From: Octopus bimaculoides
Taxonomy: Eukaryota
Length of the DNA: 58,778 bases
Direction: 5' to 3'
NCBI RefSeq assembly: GCF_001194135.2
Contig: NC_068987.1
Location: 89,898,252 to 89,957,029, forward strand
The notes under the pieces are model-generated. The model saw only the letters and a program-made list of their open reading frames with translations. It did no database searches and was not told the DNA's origin. Positions 23,859 to 35,678 of this stretch are shown piece by piece (the stretch's first letter is position 1; each line of letters begins with the position of its first letter). A program made the translations under genes and the position numbers.

Positions 23859-25481
23859 ATGATTTTTTTTTTGCCCACAAGGGGCCGACATAGAGAGGGC
23901 AATACAAGGACATGTGGGGACATATAACAACGAAAAAAGAAAAAGACCAAAAGCGTATGTTACAATGAAAATGAGAGATGAAATGAAGTTTTCTCAGCCC
24001 CACCTCTGAGGTACTTCATTTTTACCTTTGTTTACATTTTTTTTGCACTTGGTGCCTTCCAAGATGTCGAACCCGTACTCCTTTAGTAGTTGCATGTAAT
24101 CCATGTTCCATGGTAACTTTTCAATGTCTATTTCCACTTCTCACGTTTTAAATCCACATTTGATTTTTCAAAATTTTTTTCCTTCTGATCTTCGTCCAAC
24201 AACAGGCAGCAATGCTACCCTTGCACATTGTCGAATTTGCGAGTGTCCACCGATCTTATATTTCTCCATGTTTTTATTTCCTCACATAGACCCTTATTGA
24301 TATTGTCATACATAATCGCATAGTTGGATTAAAAAAAAATTTTTTCGTGAGGTGGGGAGCTTGAACAACTTGTCTGAATGTATTTTATTTGCTTGTTGGA
24401 GGGGGCAGGTAGGTTCCGTGTCTGTAAGGAGCGGGTGGGAAGAAGAGGGTGTGGGTGGGGTTCTGTATTTGTTTTACCTGGTTTCGTGCTTTTTCTTTTC
24501 TTGCCTGGTGTCTCCCATTCGCCTTCTGTTCCGCTTTCTTCTGTTTCTTCTGGCGGTTCTTCCTTTCCCTTTTTGTCTTGTATAGGGCAGTTTGCTCTAA
24601 TGTGGCCTTTCTGGCCACACTTGTAGCATCTGGGGATCCTACCCTCCACTCTGACTACCATTATTACATCATCAAATGCTATTGTTTTTTGGCAATTTTT
24701 CGATTATTTCTGTCTGTCCTTGTATCACCATATTTAAGGTTTGACCTTTCCAATTTTATGTTTCTGTCTTAGTGGCCTGGAGGACCGCTATCTCTTCCTC
24801 CTTACCGACCAAGACAGCGGCTACTATCGAGGCCACGTCGACTTCTGAGGGGATTCCCTCTACATTGACCATCATGGAACACCTTCCACGATATATCGGC
24901 AACATCACCACTTCATCGGTTTTTAAGATTGTTGCCGTATTCAAACTTGCTACAGTTGCATCCTTGAACCGAACTTCGATTGTTCCAAATTTTCTTCCTC
25001 TGGATACTTAATTTCATTCCAGACTGGCCTTAGTGCTTTCTCCACTTGTCGTCATTTCGTCAATTCTTCCTACAGCTATCGAGTGTGTTTTATATGCTAC
25101 TCTGCATTCCATCCTGTTAATAATTGCTTCCATTGGAGCGCTCACTTCCACTTTAGTTCCTTCCCGTTTCATCAGTTTTGAATAGTCCTTCCAATCGTTC
25201 CATTCCATATTGTACTTTGATATCTTTTCCACCTCTGCGAAGCTTCTATTTTGCCTTGCCTTTTTGTTCATGGTGGTCCATGAAATATCCGACTGCTCGG
25301 AATCAGACACCTCAGTGTAGCTACTATCTGAGTCTCTGATGTTTTCCATTTTTATACTTGGCCTACCCTCCTCATAGAGGAAGGAAAGCACAACCAGACT
25401 GCCACAAGGCAGCAAAAACCAAAGTGTTCAGCGAACACTACAACAATATTTAAACAACAACAATTACACAACAGCAATACA
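23859..25481 (-). mobile_element. ORF1-only Tx1/L1-type element (HAL1-like) with poly(A) and TSD
   Basis: Frameshifted ORF1 from ~25348: LKTDEVVMLPIYRGR...VEGRIPRCYKCGQKGHIRANC. No APE/RT motif found before the pyrimidine-rich 3'UTR and A10 at 23863-23872. Direct repeat tgcactgagaataag at 23844-23858 and 25500-25514. Confidence 0.75.
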
Positions 25482-25628
25482 AACTACACTCTTCAAAAAT
25501 GCACTGAGAATAAGGACAGAGTAAAATTACTCCCTGCTTTTATAGCATGTTGATGCAGGCAGTTGATCTCGTCCCCCGACTTTTAGTTCATGCAACCGAA
25601 AAAACCGCATTATTTATTGGATGACCTA
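25482..25628 (-). mobile_element. Mariner 5' end with TATA box (target of the Tx1-like insertions)
   Basis: Colinear with 9171-9323; TATAAAA at 25544-25538 on the minus strand. Confidence 0.7.
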
Positions 25629-25657
25629 ACACACACACACACACACACACACATATA

Positions 25658-25812
25658 CGGTGGGCTTCTTTTGGTTTCCATTTACCAAATACACTCACAT
25701 GGCTTTGGTCGGTCCGAGAGGTTATAGTAGAAGACGCTTGCCCAAGGTGTGACTGAACCTGGAACCATGTGGTTGGGAAGCAAACACCTTACCATACAGC
25801 TACGTCTGCACC
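25658..25812 (-). mobile_element. SINE family C (tRNA head plus CORE-like ccttgggcaagtgtctt)
   Basis: Homologous to 46590-46748 (+), 56327-56480 (+), and fragments at 10700-10795 (-) and 31975-32255 (-). Confidence 0.75.
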
Positions 25813-25837
25813 TAGAGCAGAAAGGATTATTATTGTT

Positions 25838-25990
25838 CTTCGGGTTCTTTACGTTCTGAGTTCAAATTCCGCCCGAACTCAACTTTGCCTTTCATCGTTT
25901 TTGAAGTCAATGAGATGAGTCGCACGCTGGGGTTGATGTATTCCACTTGGCCCTTCCCCTCAAAAGTTCTAGCGTTGAGCCTAAATCAGA
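25838..25990 (+). mobile_element. SINE family A, 5'-truncated
   Basis: tttacgttctgagttcaaattccgcc...gcctttcatc homology. Confidence 0.7.
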
Positions 25991-26179
25991 AAGAATTATT
26001 GTTGTCTCTGCTTCGCCAGACTCCTACCCATCCTCTTCCTCTGCCTTTCTTCCCCTTCCATCTGCCCCTACTTCCCCAGCACCATCAGTTATTTATCACT
26101 TCTCTGAACTGGAGCCATCGACTTTACACTTTCCTGACAACGAACTTGTCTCAGTAAAACATTGCTTATGCAATCAAGC

Positions 26180-26759
26180 AAACGCACGAGCACCAGGACG
26201 GGGACACGCACACACAAATGCACGCACACACAAATGCACGCACACACAAATGCACGCACACACGCATACAAGCACACATACACACGCACATATTCACACG
26301 CACCAGCGCACGCAAACATAAAAGATATGAATAGATGTTCACACACACACACACGCACACATTCGCACGCACATACACACTCACAAAGGCACGGACACAC
26401 ACATTCATACATGAGCACACACACACGCACTCACACACACTCACACATACATTCACACGCATACGCTCACTCACATACACACACACACACATTCTCTCTC
26501 TCTCACACACACAGATACGTACTTTCGCACGCACATACATACTGACAAAGACACGGACTCACACACATTCATATATGCACTCAATCACACACACTCACAC
26601 ACATACACATTTACACGCATACACTCACACACACACACACGCACTCACACACATACACACAATCTCTCTCTATCACACACACACACACACATACACACAC
26701 ATTCGCATGCACATACACACGAAGAAATGGATACAATCATGCAACATACATTCACAAAT

Positions 26760-26800
<41 letters not shown>
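26180..26800. repeat. Degenerate (CA)n-derived low-complexity tract
   Basis: Read directly. Confidence 0.9.
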
Positions 26801-26801
<1 letters not shown>

Positions 26802-27248
26802 CTGGAGGAGATTTCTTCCTGGGGCTAAAAGCAACAGTAGCACCGTCCTCTGTAGGACCGCCATACTTAGTTGGCAAATATATTTTACGATTCTGTACCG
26901 TTACTGTTTATCTCTCGTTCAGAGACTTAATATAACTTATCTCTCTCTTTACAAGATCAGCGTTAGTGAGTCGCTAGAAAAAGGATACAGTATTTTGCGC
27001 GCGGAATAAGTTCTTCATTACTAGCCAATGATTAACGCACACTGAAGACAGGTAACTACCCAGAAACTCGGGTCTGTGTACATCATGTAAAGTTAGAGAT
27101 GGGAAATGCTCGCAAATGCTAATCAGACAGAGACTGTGTCGCTGACCAACTGGAGGAGATGTCTTCCTGGGCTAAAATCAACAGTAGCACCGTTCTCTAC
27201 AGGAACGCCTCATTCAGTTGGCAAATATATTTTTCATATGTATGTACA

Positions 27249-27327
<79 letters not shown>

Positions 27328-27511
27328 ATTCTTTTACTTGTTTCAGTCATTTGATTGCGGCCATGCTGGAGCACCGCCTTTAGTCGAACAAATCGACCCC
27401 AGGACTTATTTTTTGTAACCCTAATACTTATTCAATCGGTCTCTTTTGCCGAACCACTAAGTTACGGGGACGGAAGCGCACCAGCATCGATTGTCAAACG
27501 ATGTTAGGAGG

Positions 27512-27545
<34 letters not shown>

Positions 27546-27563
27546 CTACACACACAGAAATAA

Positions 27564-27743
27564 TTTTTTTCATTCTCAAACGCGTGATAATGCTAATAAA
27601 TAGCGTGATCAGGATAAATTATCCATACATTGCAGAAAAATACGTCACCAGCCAGCCATGATGTCATGGCTGGCCGGTAACATATTTATCCGGATCATGC
27701 TATTTATTAGCATTCTCACGCGTTTGGGAATAAAAAAAAAAAA
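27564..27743. repeat. Fold-back palindrome of two 3' halves of the 14623-14857 element
   Basis: ccagccatga-TG-tcatggctgg centre at 27652-27673; arms inverted. Confidence 0.8.
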
Positions 27744-28110
27744 NNNNNNNNNNNNNNNNNNNNNNNNNNNNNNNNNNNNNNNNNNNNNNNNNNNNNNNNN
27801 NNNNNNNNNNNNNNNNNNNNNNNNNNNNNNNNNNNNNNNNNNNNNNNNNNNNNNNNNNNNNNNNNNNNNNNNNNNNNNNNNNNNNNNNNNNNNNNNNNNN
27901 NNNNNNNNNNNNNNNNNNNNNNNNNNNNNNNNNNNNNNNNNNNNNNNNNNNNNNNNNNNNNNNNNNNNNNNNNNNNNNNNNNNNNNNNNNNNNNNNNNNN
28001 NNNNNNNNNNNNNNNNNNNNNNNNNNNNNNNNNNNNNNNNNNNNNNNNNNNNNNNNNNNNNNNNNNNNNNNNNNNNNNNNNNNNNNNNNNNNNNNNNNNN
28101 NNNNNNNNNN

Positions 28111-28169
<59 letters not shown>

Positions 28170-28394
28170 GCATGTCCTTTCATTCTTTTCTAGTTTTATT
28201 TGTTTCTGTCATTTGACTGTGGCCATGCTGGAACACTACCGTAAAGGGTTTTAGTCGAACATATCGACTCCACGACTTTCTTTTAAGTCTAGAACTTATT
28301 CTATCGCACTCTTTTTACCGAACCGCTAACTTACGGGCACATAAGCACACTAACATCGGTTGTGAGGGGGAGGGCAAATATAGACACCAAGACG

Positions 28395-28435
<41 letters not shown>

Positions 28436-28845
28436 ACACACAAACATATATATATATATATATATCCAATGAATTCTGGTCTTACAATCACCTCTACTGG
28501 TATTACAGTTGAAGCGTGATTTTAAATGCTTATTTATATTACAATTAACTGTAGCAGTTTTGTTTCCATTTTTTTAACATTTTCTATTGTGTGGAGTACA
28601 TTTACTATTCGAAGGTATTTCACTTATTTTAGGTTTATACCCTCAATATTACTGTTATTATAATTAAGGGCTCTCTGCTATGACTTCAAGTCGAATTCTT
28701 CTAACCTTAAGTAACACTGAGCCCCTAGAAACAGCTATCGGACTTGTAATGCCATAACTTCTCCCCTCCACTTCTTTGCGTCTATGTATTGAGTAAGTTT
28801 GCGCCATTAATAAATATATATGTTAGGGGAAAGAATAAAGACACA

Positions 28846-29088
28846 GCTCATCTTCTCCCAGAGGATATGGGGGTTGGGTTGTACTTCCGTGAAGGCATAA
28901 GTCCTTAAGTAAAATCCCAAGTAAATCCAGGCAATATTTTCACGGTATTTTGGATGTTGCGTTCATATTGAAGGCAACATCCAAAATACAGCCAAAATCT
29001 TGTCTGGATTTATCTGGGATTATGCTTAAGGACCTATACTTTCACAGAAGTATGGACCAAACTCCATACTCACTGTAAGAAGATCAGC
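28846..29088. repeat. Diverged fold-back palindrome (~120-bp arms)
   Basis: gtattttggatgttgc / gcaacatccaaaatac flank the centre at ~28967; outer ends gctcatcttc / gaagatcagc. Confidence 0.85.
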
Positions 29089-29416
29089 GGTAAATTTTAT
29101 TCTCCTGTCTGCATTCTTCTATCTACTGTTTTACTCTTTATTTTTCTATCTGGTATTTCATTCCTTTATAAACTGAATTTTCTGTCTAGAACTTTCCTAC
29201 ATACTCACCTCGTCTCTGATGACGAAAAAGTCAGTGTAGAAATAAGAGCTAAAATGCTCTAATGCTGCAATTAATGCACACGAATGAAAACATATATACT
29301 AACAGCGACCATACTCATCCGAAAAATACCGACATATATATTATATATATATAATGCGTGTGTTTAAAAACTTACTGTGAACAAGGCTGCGTGGTGTTCG
29401 ATTATGAATAAAAAAA

Positions 29417-29611
29417 ATACACATTAAGTACAGGACATTACCAACGAGTGAAAAGTACGTAAACACACGAGAGCTAAATACTTATCACGAAACAGGGAGT
29501 AATAAAACTGTCGACAACTGACGAGCGAGTTATCTATTTTTGTCCTGTATTTAACTCTCGTGTACTTACGTATTTTTCACTCGCTGGTGATGTCCTATAC
29601 TTAATGTGTAT
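29417..29611. repeat. Inverted repeat (~65-bp arms) with hammerhead-like spacer
   Basis: atacacattaagtacaggacattacc... / ...ggtgatgtcctatacttaatgtgtat. Confidence 0.85.
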
Positions 29612-30129
29612 TATATATATATATATNNNNNNNNNNNNNNNNNNNNNNNNNNNNNNNNNNNNNNNNNNNNNNNNNNNNNNNNNNNNNNNNNNNNNNNNNN
29701 NNNNNNNNNNNNNNNNNNNNNNNNNNNNNNNNNNNNNNNNNNNNNNNNNNNNNNNNNNNNNNNNNNNNNNNNNNNNNNNNNNNNNNNNNNNNNNNNNNNN
29801 NNNNNNNNNNNNNNNNNNNNNNNNNNNNNNNNNNNNNNNNNNNNNNNNNNNNNNNNNNNNNNNNNNNNNNNNNNNNNNNNNNNNNNNNNNNNNNNNNNNN
29901 NNNNNNNNNNNNNNNNNNNNNNNNNNNNNNNNNNNNNNNNNNNNNNNNNNNNNNNNNNNNNNNNNNNNNNNNNNNNNNNNNNNNNNNNNNNNNNNNNNNN
30001 NNNNNNNNNNNNNNNNNNNNNNNNNNNNNNNNNNNNNNNNNNNNNNNNNNNNNNNNNNNNNNNNNNNNNNNNNNNNNNNNNNNNNNNNNNNNNNNNNNNN
30101 NNNNNNNNNNNNNNNNNNNNNNNNNNNNN

Positions 30130-30171
<42 letters not shown>

Positions 30172-31167
30172 TTACCAAATGCAATTAAAGGGCTTACTAT
30201 GCCTGTAATTCCTATCGTACCGTGTCGAGGTGGGGGGGGATTGTATTACATGTCGTTGTTGATAGTGATGAATATGATGATGATGGCGGTGGTTGTAGTG
30301 TCGATGCTGACAACAATATCCTCATCTGTAACAATAATTAGAACAGCAAACCCCGTGTGCATAGAAATAAACGCGCATGCCTACATGCGTCTATGCTAGT
30401 TCTATTTTTCTTCTTACTTATTTGCAATGGCGGCGTATGGTTATGTAGAAGGTTGTATATGCATGCTGAGTGTGTATATGCATAAACGTTTATCTGTATA
30501 GGCAATCTAATGCTCACCTGCACCACCACTAACCACCACTACCACCTAAACAACAACACCAAGCGCAATATCAACAACGTCACTCTAACGTAACTAAAAG
30601 AATAGTTAATGGTCCATGGTTTGCTTCGTGTTCATTCATGAAGTAATCAAGTTTTGTCAAGCATGAATGAGTCTGGATCTCTTTCCTTGACAACAATTAT
30701 AGCAACATCTCTTTACTTTTAAGTTCATTCACATTGCATGAGGACCAACTCCGCTATTGATCATTACGAAAAGATAGTTTAATTACTACACATAATTAGC
30801 CGTACCTTATTTTAACTAACATAGTTTCCACAATTTTGCTTCCCAAAGATAATTGTACGGCGTGTCATCCTCTATTTCATATAAATTTCACGGTACAGCA
30901 TAAACACTTACCATATTTATTCGCGTATAAGTCGCATCCCAGTTTAATTAAGTGCCACTTATACACGAGTAATTCGAATGAGAATTTTTATGAATAAAAT
31001 TTTCTATATTTGTTTTTCATTAAACTGTGACTATACTGGGACACCACCTTGAAGGGTTTGGGTTGAACAAATTGACCCCAGTATTATATTTTTAAAGGAT
31101 ATTTTGCCGAACGGCTAAGTTACGGGAATGTAACCAAATCAACACCAGTCGTCAAGAGATGAGAGGA

Positions 31168-31268
<101 letters not shown>

Positions 31269-31494
31269 CTCACTCACACACACTCACTCACACACGGTGA
31301 TTGCTCTATCATCACAAATGATAGCCGCATCTTTGAGCTTCCCTGTCGTCAACATTTCTGACGCTCCGTCAATGACTTCTCCGCTGATTATTCAGTCCCA
31401 ATGCAGATCCACATGGTTTTGAAGCATAAGTGAAAGATAAAAGTTGTAACTTCCACTGGATGGATCAGATCAGTTTGTGAGACAGGATCCTCCA

Positions 31495-31590
31495 CTGGAT
31501 CGGATATGATCCTCCGCTGGATCGGATATGATCCTCCACTGGATCGGATATGATCCTCCGCTGGATCGGATATGATCCTCCACTCGATCG
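31495..31590. repeat. 22-bp minisatellite, ~4.4 copies
   Basis: Unit ctggatcggatatgatcctcc(g/a) starts at 31495, 31517, 31539, 31561 and 31583. Confidence 0.95.
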
Positions 31591-31891
31591 GAAACCGACT
31601 TGCAAGTCCTTTTACACGCGACATACACGTCGATTCAATCGGTCTCAAGCGGTGGAAAGACCTTACATTCGGTTGATCTTTCATGGGACTTCAGACAGTT
31701 GCCATACACAGCCTTGGAAACGGATACACGGCCACACGTTTCCCCACCTCCATCACTTGATGTTCTCACTGAGGCTCTGATGACAGCCATTNNNNNNNNN
31801 NNNNNNNNNNNNNNNNNNNNNNNNNNNNNNNNNNNNNNNNNNNNNNNNNNNNNNNNNNNNNNNNNNNNNNNNNNNNNNNNNNNNNNNNNNN

Positions 31892-31946
<55 letters not shown>

Positions 31947-32799
31947 ATATATATATATACGCATGTATGCATATATACGATAGGTTTCCACACAGTCTCC
32001 GTTTATCAAATCCACTCTCAAAGCTTAGTTTGACCCAAGTCCAGGCGTGGTCCCAGGAATTCAAGGTCAGAAGGGAATACAATTCCAGGAGAAAAGGGCT
32101 TAAGATTATTTAGAAGGGCGCACTTTTCTTGAGGTGGGTACATGCCCCTCAGCACCCCCCCTTATCCTTGGGTCCATCCTTGAAGGCTATAGTAAAAGAC
32201 ACTTGCCGTACTGCGAGACTGAACGCAACACCTCATTGTCGTAAAGCAAGCTTCTTAACACGCTCCTTTCACCGAATGAATCGGTGACAGATTTTCGTCA
32301 AGTTGCTACCTAATTTCTCATTTAACAATATAGTTCTAGATAATGGTAAAAAGATGAGATGTTCATCATTCGATTGTCTTAACTTATAATTGTGCTTGAT
32401 CAGGATTGATAAGGAAGCTAAGCAACAACAAAAACATAAACAATAGCAGCAACAACAACAACAGTAGCAACAATAACAGCACAACAATCAAGTGATTTCC
32501 GAGTCCGCGAAGGAACCTCCACGTTATCTTTCGATCGGCTAGAAAAAGCAGTCAAATCTCCTCAAATCTCACGTCCGTCTTAATAAAGGAGAGCATACAT
32601 AGGTTGATATAATCCAACATACCCTTAAAAAGACGAGACGGTCACGGTTGGAATACCTTTCTTCATAGATAAAGGTTGACCCATGGTTAAATTAAGACAA
32701 CCTCAAGATTCTTACTTGATTCTAAAACGTGTAAATGGTGCCAGGCAAAAACATATCAGCCTTCTCTTATTTATTTGCGATAGCGTGTTCTTTCAAATC

Positions 32800-33400
32800 G
32801 AATAAATCCTAGCAAAGCTTAGAACTATTTCCTTACTGTGCGTTGCAATAGCATATTTCGTTTGTGAACGAAATTAAGCTGTCGTAAACTCATTGGGGGA
32901 TATTATCAAGGACCTTGTTCATAAAAGTAATGCAGATTTAGAATGAATTATCTGGGTTATTTGCGAACAAGACACGTTGACGATTAAGGAAGAATAAAGG
33001 GTTTTATCATCTGCGTACAAGAGTAGAGTAATAAGCAAATTTACAGAGTGTTTCAAAACTAATCGTCTGATGGGGCACGTCATAGAAGGATCGAAGGAGC
33101 TTCGTTCGAGCATGATGTAATGGCGCAGTTCATTAGGAAACGCATGATATAAGGTATAAATTGCTATAAGTAAGCAATTTATCAAGAAGATTCTAAAGCT
33201 TTATTCATGCCAATGGCGGCGGCATTATTTTCATTTAACTTCTGGAAAGTGAGATACGTAAAAGAAAAACTCAGATTTTCGGTCGGTTTTGCTTTGAGGA
33301 AACTGTGCTGATGATTACGATGGAATGAAAGGCAGTCAGTGTAATGGTGGAAGTGAATATCACCAACTACTGCCATCGTTTTTGATTTGTTTTAAATGAA
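32800..33400 (-). mobile_element. Highly decayed L2/CR1/Jockey-group RT fragment
   Basis: LLYADDKTLYSS (YADD motif) and HQHSFLKAKPT (HQyGFrk.rST-like). Confidence 0.55.
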
Positions 33401-33737
33401 AGCGATAAGTCTATAGTTAGTAGTGTCAGAGATGTTGTACCTCTTAAGAATGGAACATATTATTTTCTCTCCATATCATTATCGATCCTTAAATTCATCT
33501 ATTTCTACCTATATTTGTCGCACTGAAGTTAATCATCATTTAGAAATATAGTTTTATTTCTTGGCAACATTTGATGTCAGTCTACTTTGAACAAACATCC
33601 GTATCTTAGGAACATTTTAAGTTTTAACATCACGATGACTGTCTATATACGTATACAAACATGCATACATATGTGTATACACCTTTATATATAACTTATA
33701 TATATTTATATATTATACATATGTATAATATAATATA

Positions 33738-33770
<33 letters not shown>

Positions 33771-34119
33771 TGTATGTATGTATATGCGCGTGTGTGTAAG
33801 TCATCTAAGAGTCCATAAGTCAGGAAAAAATGAGTGGGTATATTAATCGAAGTGTACAGTATCCATTACGGCCGATCATACGAATCGGTTTTACGCTAGG
33901 GATTCAACTAAGTGTTAGATAACAGTCTGAATATGTAACCCTCATCAGAGGTGGTCGTTATGGAATGAAATATCGTGACAACTCTCTATTGTTGGAGGTG
34001 AATAGACACACCTGGTTTGTGGTTGCTGTGAAAAGGATGATGAAACGGTATAGTGGACTTTTAACCATCTGTTTCGAGGAAGCGCCTTTTTAAGGCACTG
34101 AATTTCACTAGGGCCTACA

Positions 34120-34960
34120 CTGAAGTTAGTGACGAGGACATACGTATTATCATGCACGCCAAAAGAACGCTACTCTTCAGTAAAGAGTCGGCCTGGGTGA
34201 AACGATCTGACCCAGAAAGCTCCTTCGACGTGGCAATGGGCGCTTTCGACAGCGCTGACTGTGTGACCACGTTGGTTTGTTCGTCCCAGTTTTACTCAAA
34301 AAGAAATTCCCTTCCACTAGCTTTGGCCTCGACAGGGATGACGCACTGGCAATATCAAGAGGGGCAAACAGCTACACGCTAGATAAGCTCAGAAAGAACC
34401 TCACCAGCGCCATGAACTCCCTTGAACTGAAGGTCAAGATAGAAATCAACCGGAAAAAAACGTGGATTTCCTTGATGTGACTTTGGATTTGGGGTCCGAT
34501 GCCTATAGACCCTTTAGGAAGCCAAATAAGAAGCTATCATATATTAACACAGGCTCCTGTTATCCAGCCATAGTTTTCAAGAACTTGGTAAAGGGCGTCA
34601 ACAGAAGACTCTCTAGTCTATCTTCAAGCAACGAGATTTTTTATGCTGCCGTCCCGTACTAAATAGAGGCTCTGGCTGCCAGAGGTTTGAAGGATAGAAC
34701 CAGTTACACGTGATATCCTAACACCTCCAAGAGAAAGCGCTCCTGGAAAGTGTTGTAGTTCACACTGCCTTCTCTTTAGGTGTTAAAACCCTAGTAGTTA
34801 GGATTTTCCTTAGCTTAATAGACAAGCACTTCCCCTGTACAAATAGGTTCAGCAAAATATTCAATAGGCATACCCTGAGAAGTTCCTTTAGCTGTGCACC
34901 CAATGCAAAAGGAATTTTAGTAGGTAGGCCCACACCTGAGACAGAGGCAGGATGACCACC
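34120..34960 (+). mobile_element. Decayed Penelope-like element RT fragment
   Basis: SFDVAMGAFDSAD, GLDRDDALA, DFLDVTLDL...YRPFRKPN, RRLSSLSS.EIF and NRFSKIFNRHTL..S.SC.PN, which are PLE RT/thumb-type motifs. Confidence 0.75.
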
Positions 34961-35633
34961 ACAAAAGAAAGCACGCGGCAACAGGTTTCGACTGACAGGA
35001 GCGGGCGTGAAAGCGTGTAGGTTTTTAAAAAAATGTCTTCCACACTTTTGTCCATACTAAGTCGTACAATATAATATTTCGAATCAGCTACTTTTAACCT
35101 ACATACATAATGTTTCTCCATTTCTTAAAGAAATATCACATCAGTTTCATTTAATATTTGTATTATTTTCTGTTCGCCCTCTTTAATCAAAGAATTATTT
35201 AAGCCCCATAATAAATATGTAATGAAGAACAGCTGTGCTATCACCTCTTCTACCTGGTAACTGAAGCGTTCTCGAATCATATATAAATAGCTCACATCGC
35301 GCGTTTGATCGATGCTCATATCGCAACAGGTCCAAACTTGCTCCATTAGAAATTAACTATTTGTTACTTCTGANNNNNNNNNNNNNNNNNNNNNNNNNNN
35401 NNNNNNNNNNNNNNNNNNNNNNNNNNNNNNNNNNNNNNNNNNNNNNNNNNNNNNNNNNNNNNNNNNNNNNNNNNNNNNNNNNNNNNNNNNNNNNNNNNNN
35501 NNNNNNNNNNNNNNNNNNNNNNNNNNNNNNNNNNNNNNNNNNNNNNNNNNNNNNNNNNNNNNNNNNNNNNNNNNNNNNNNNNNNNNNNNNNNNNNNNNNN
35601 NNNNNNNNNNNNNNNNNNNNNNNNNNNNNNNNN

Positions 35634-35678
<45 letters not shown>

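Noticed and set aside
31495-31590. CRISPR-like palindromic repeats
   Set aside because: Units are contiguous with no spacers, in a eukaryotic context with no cas genes.
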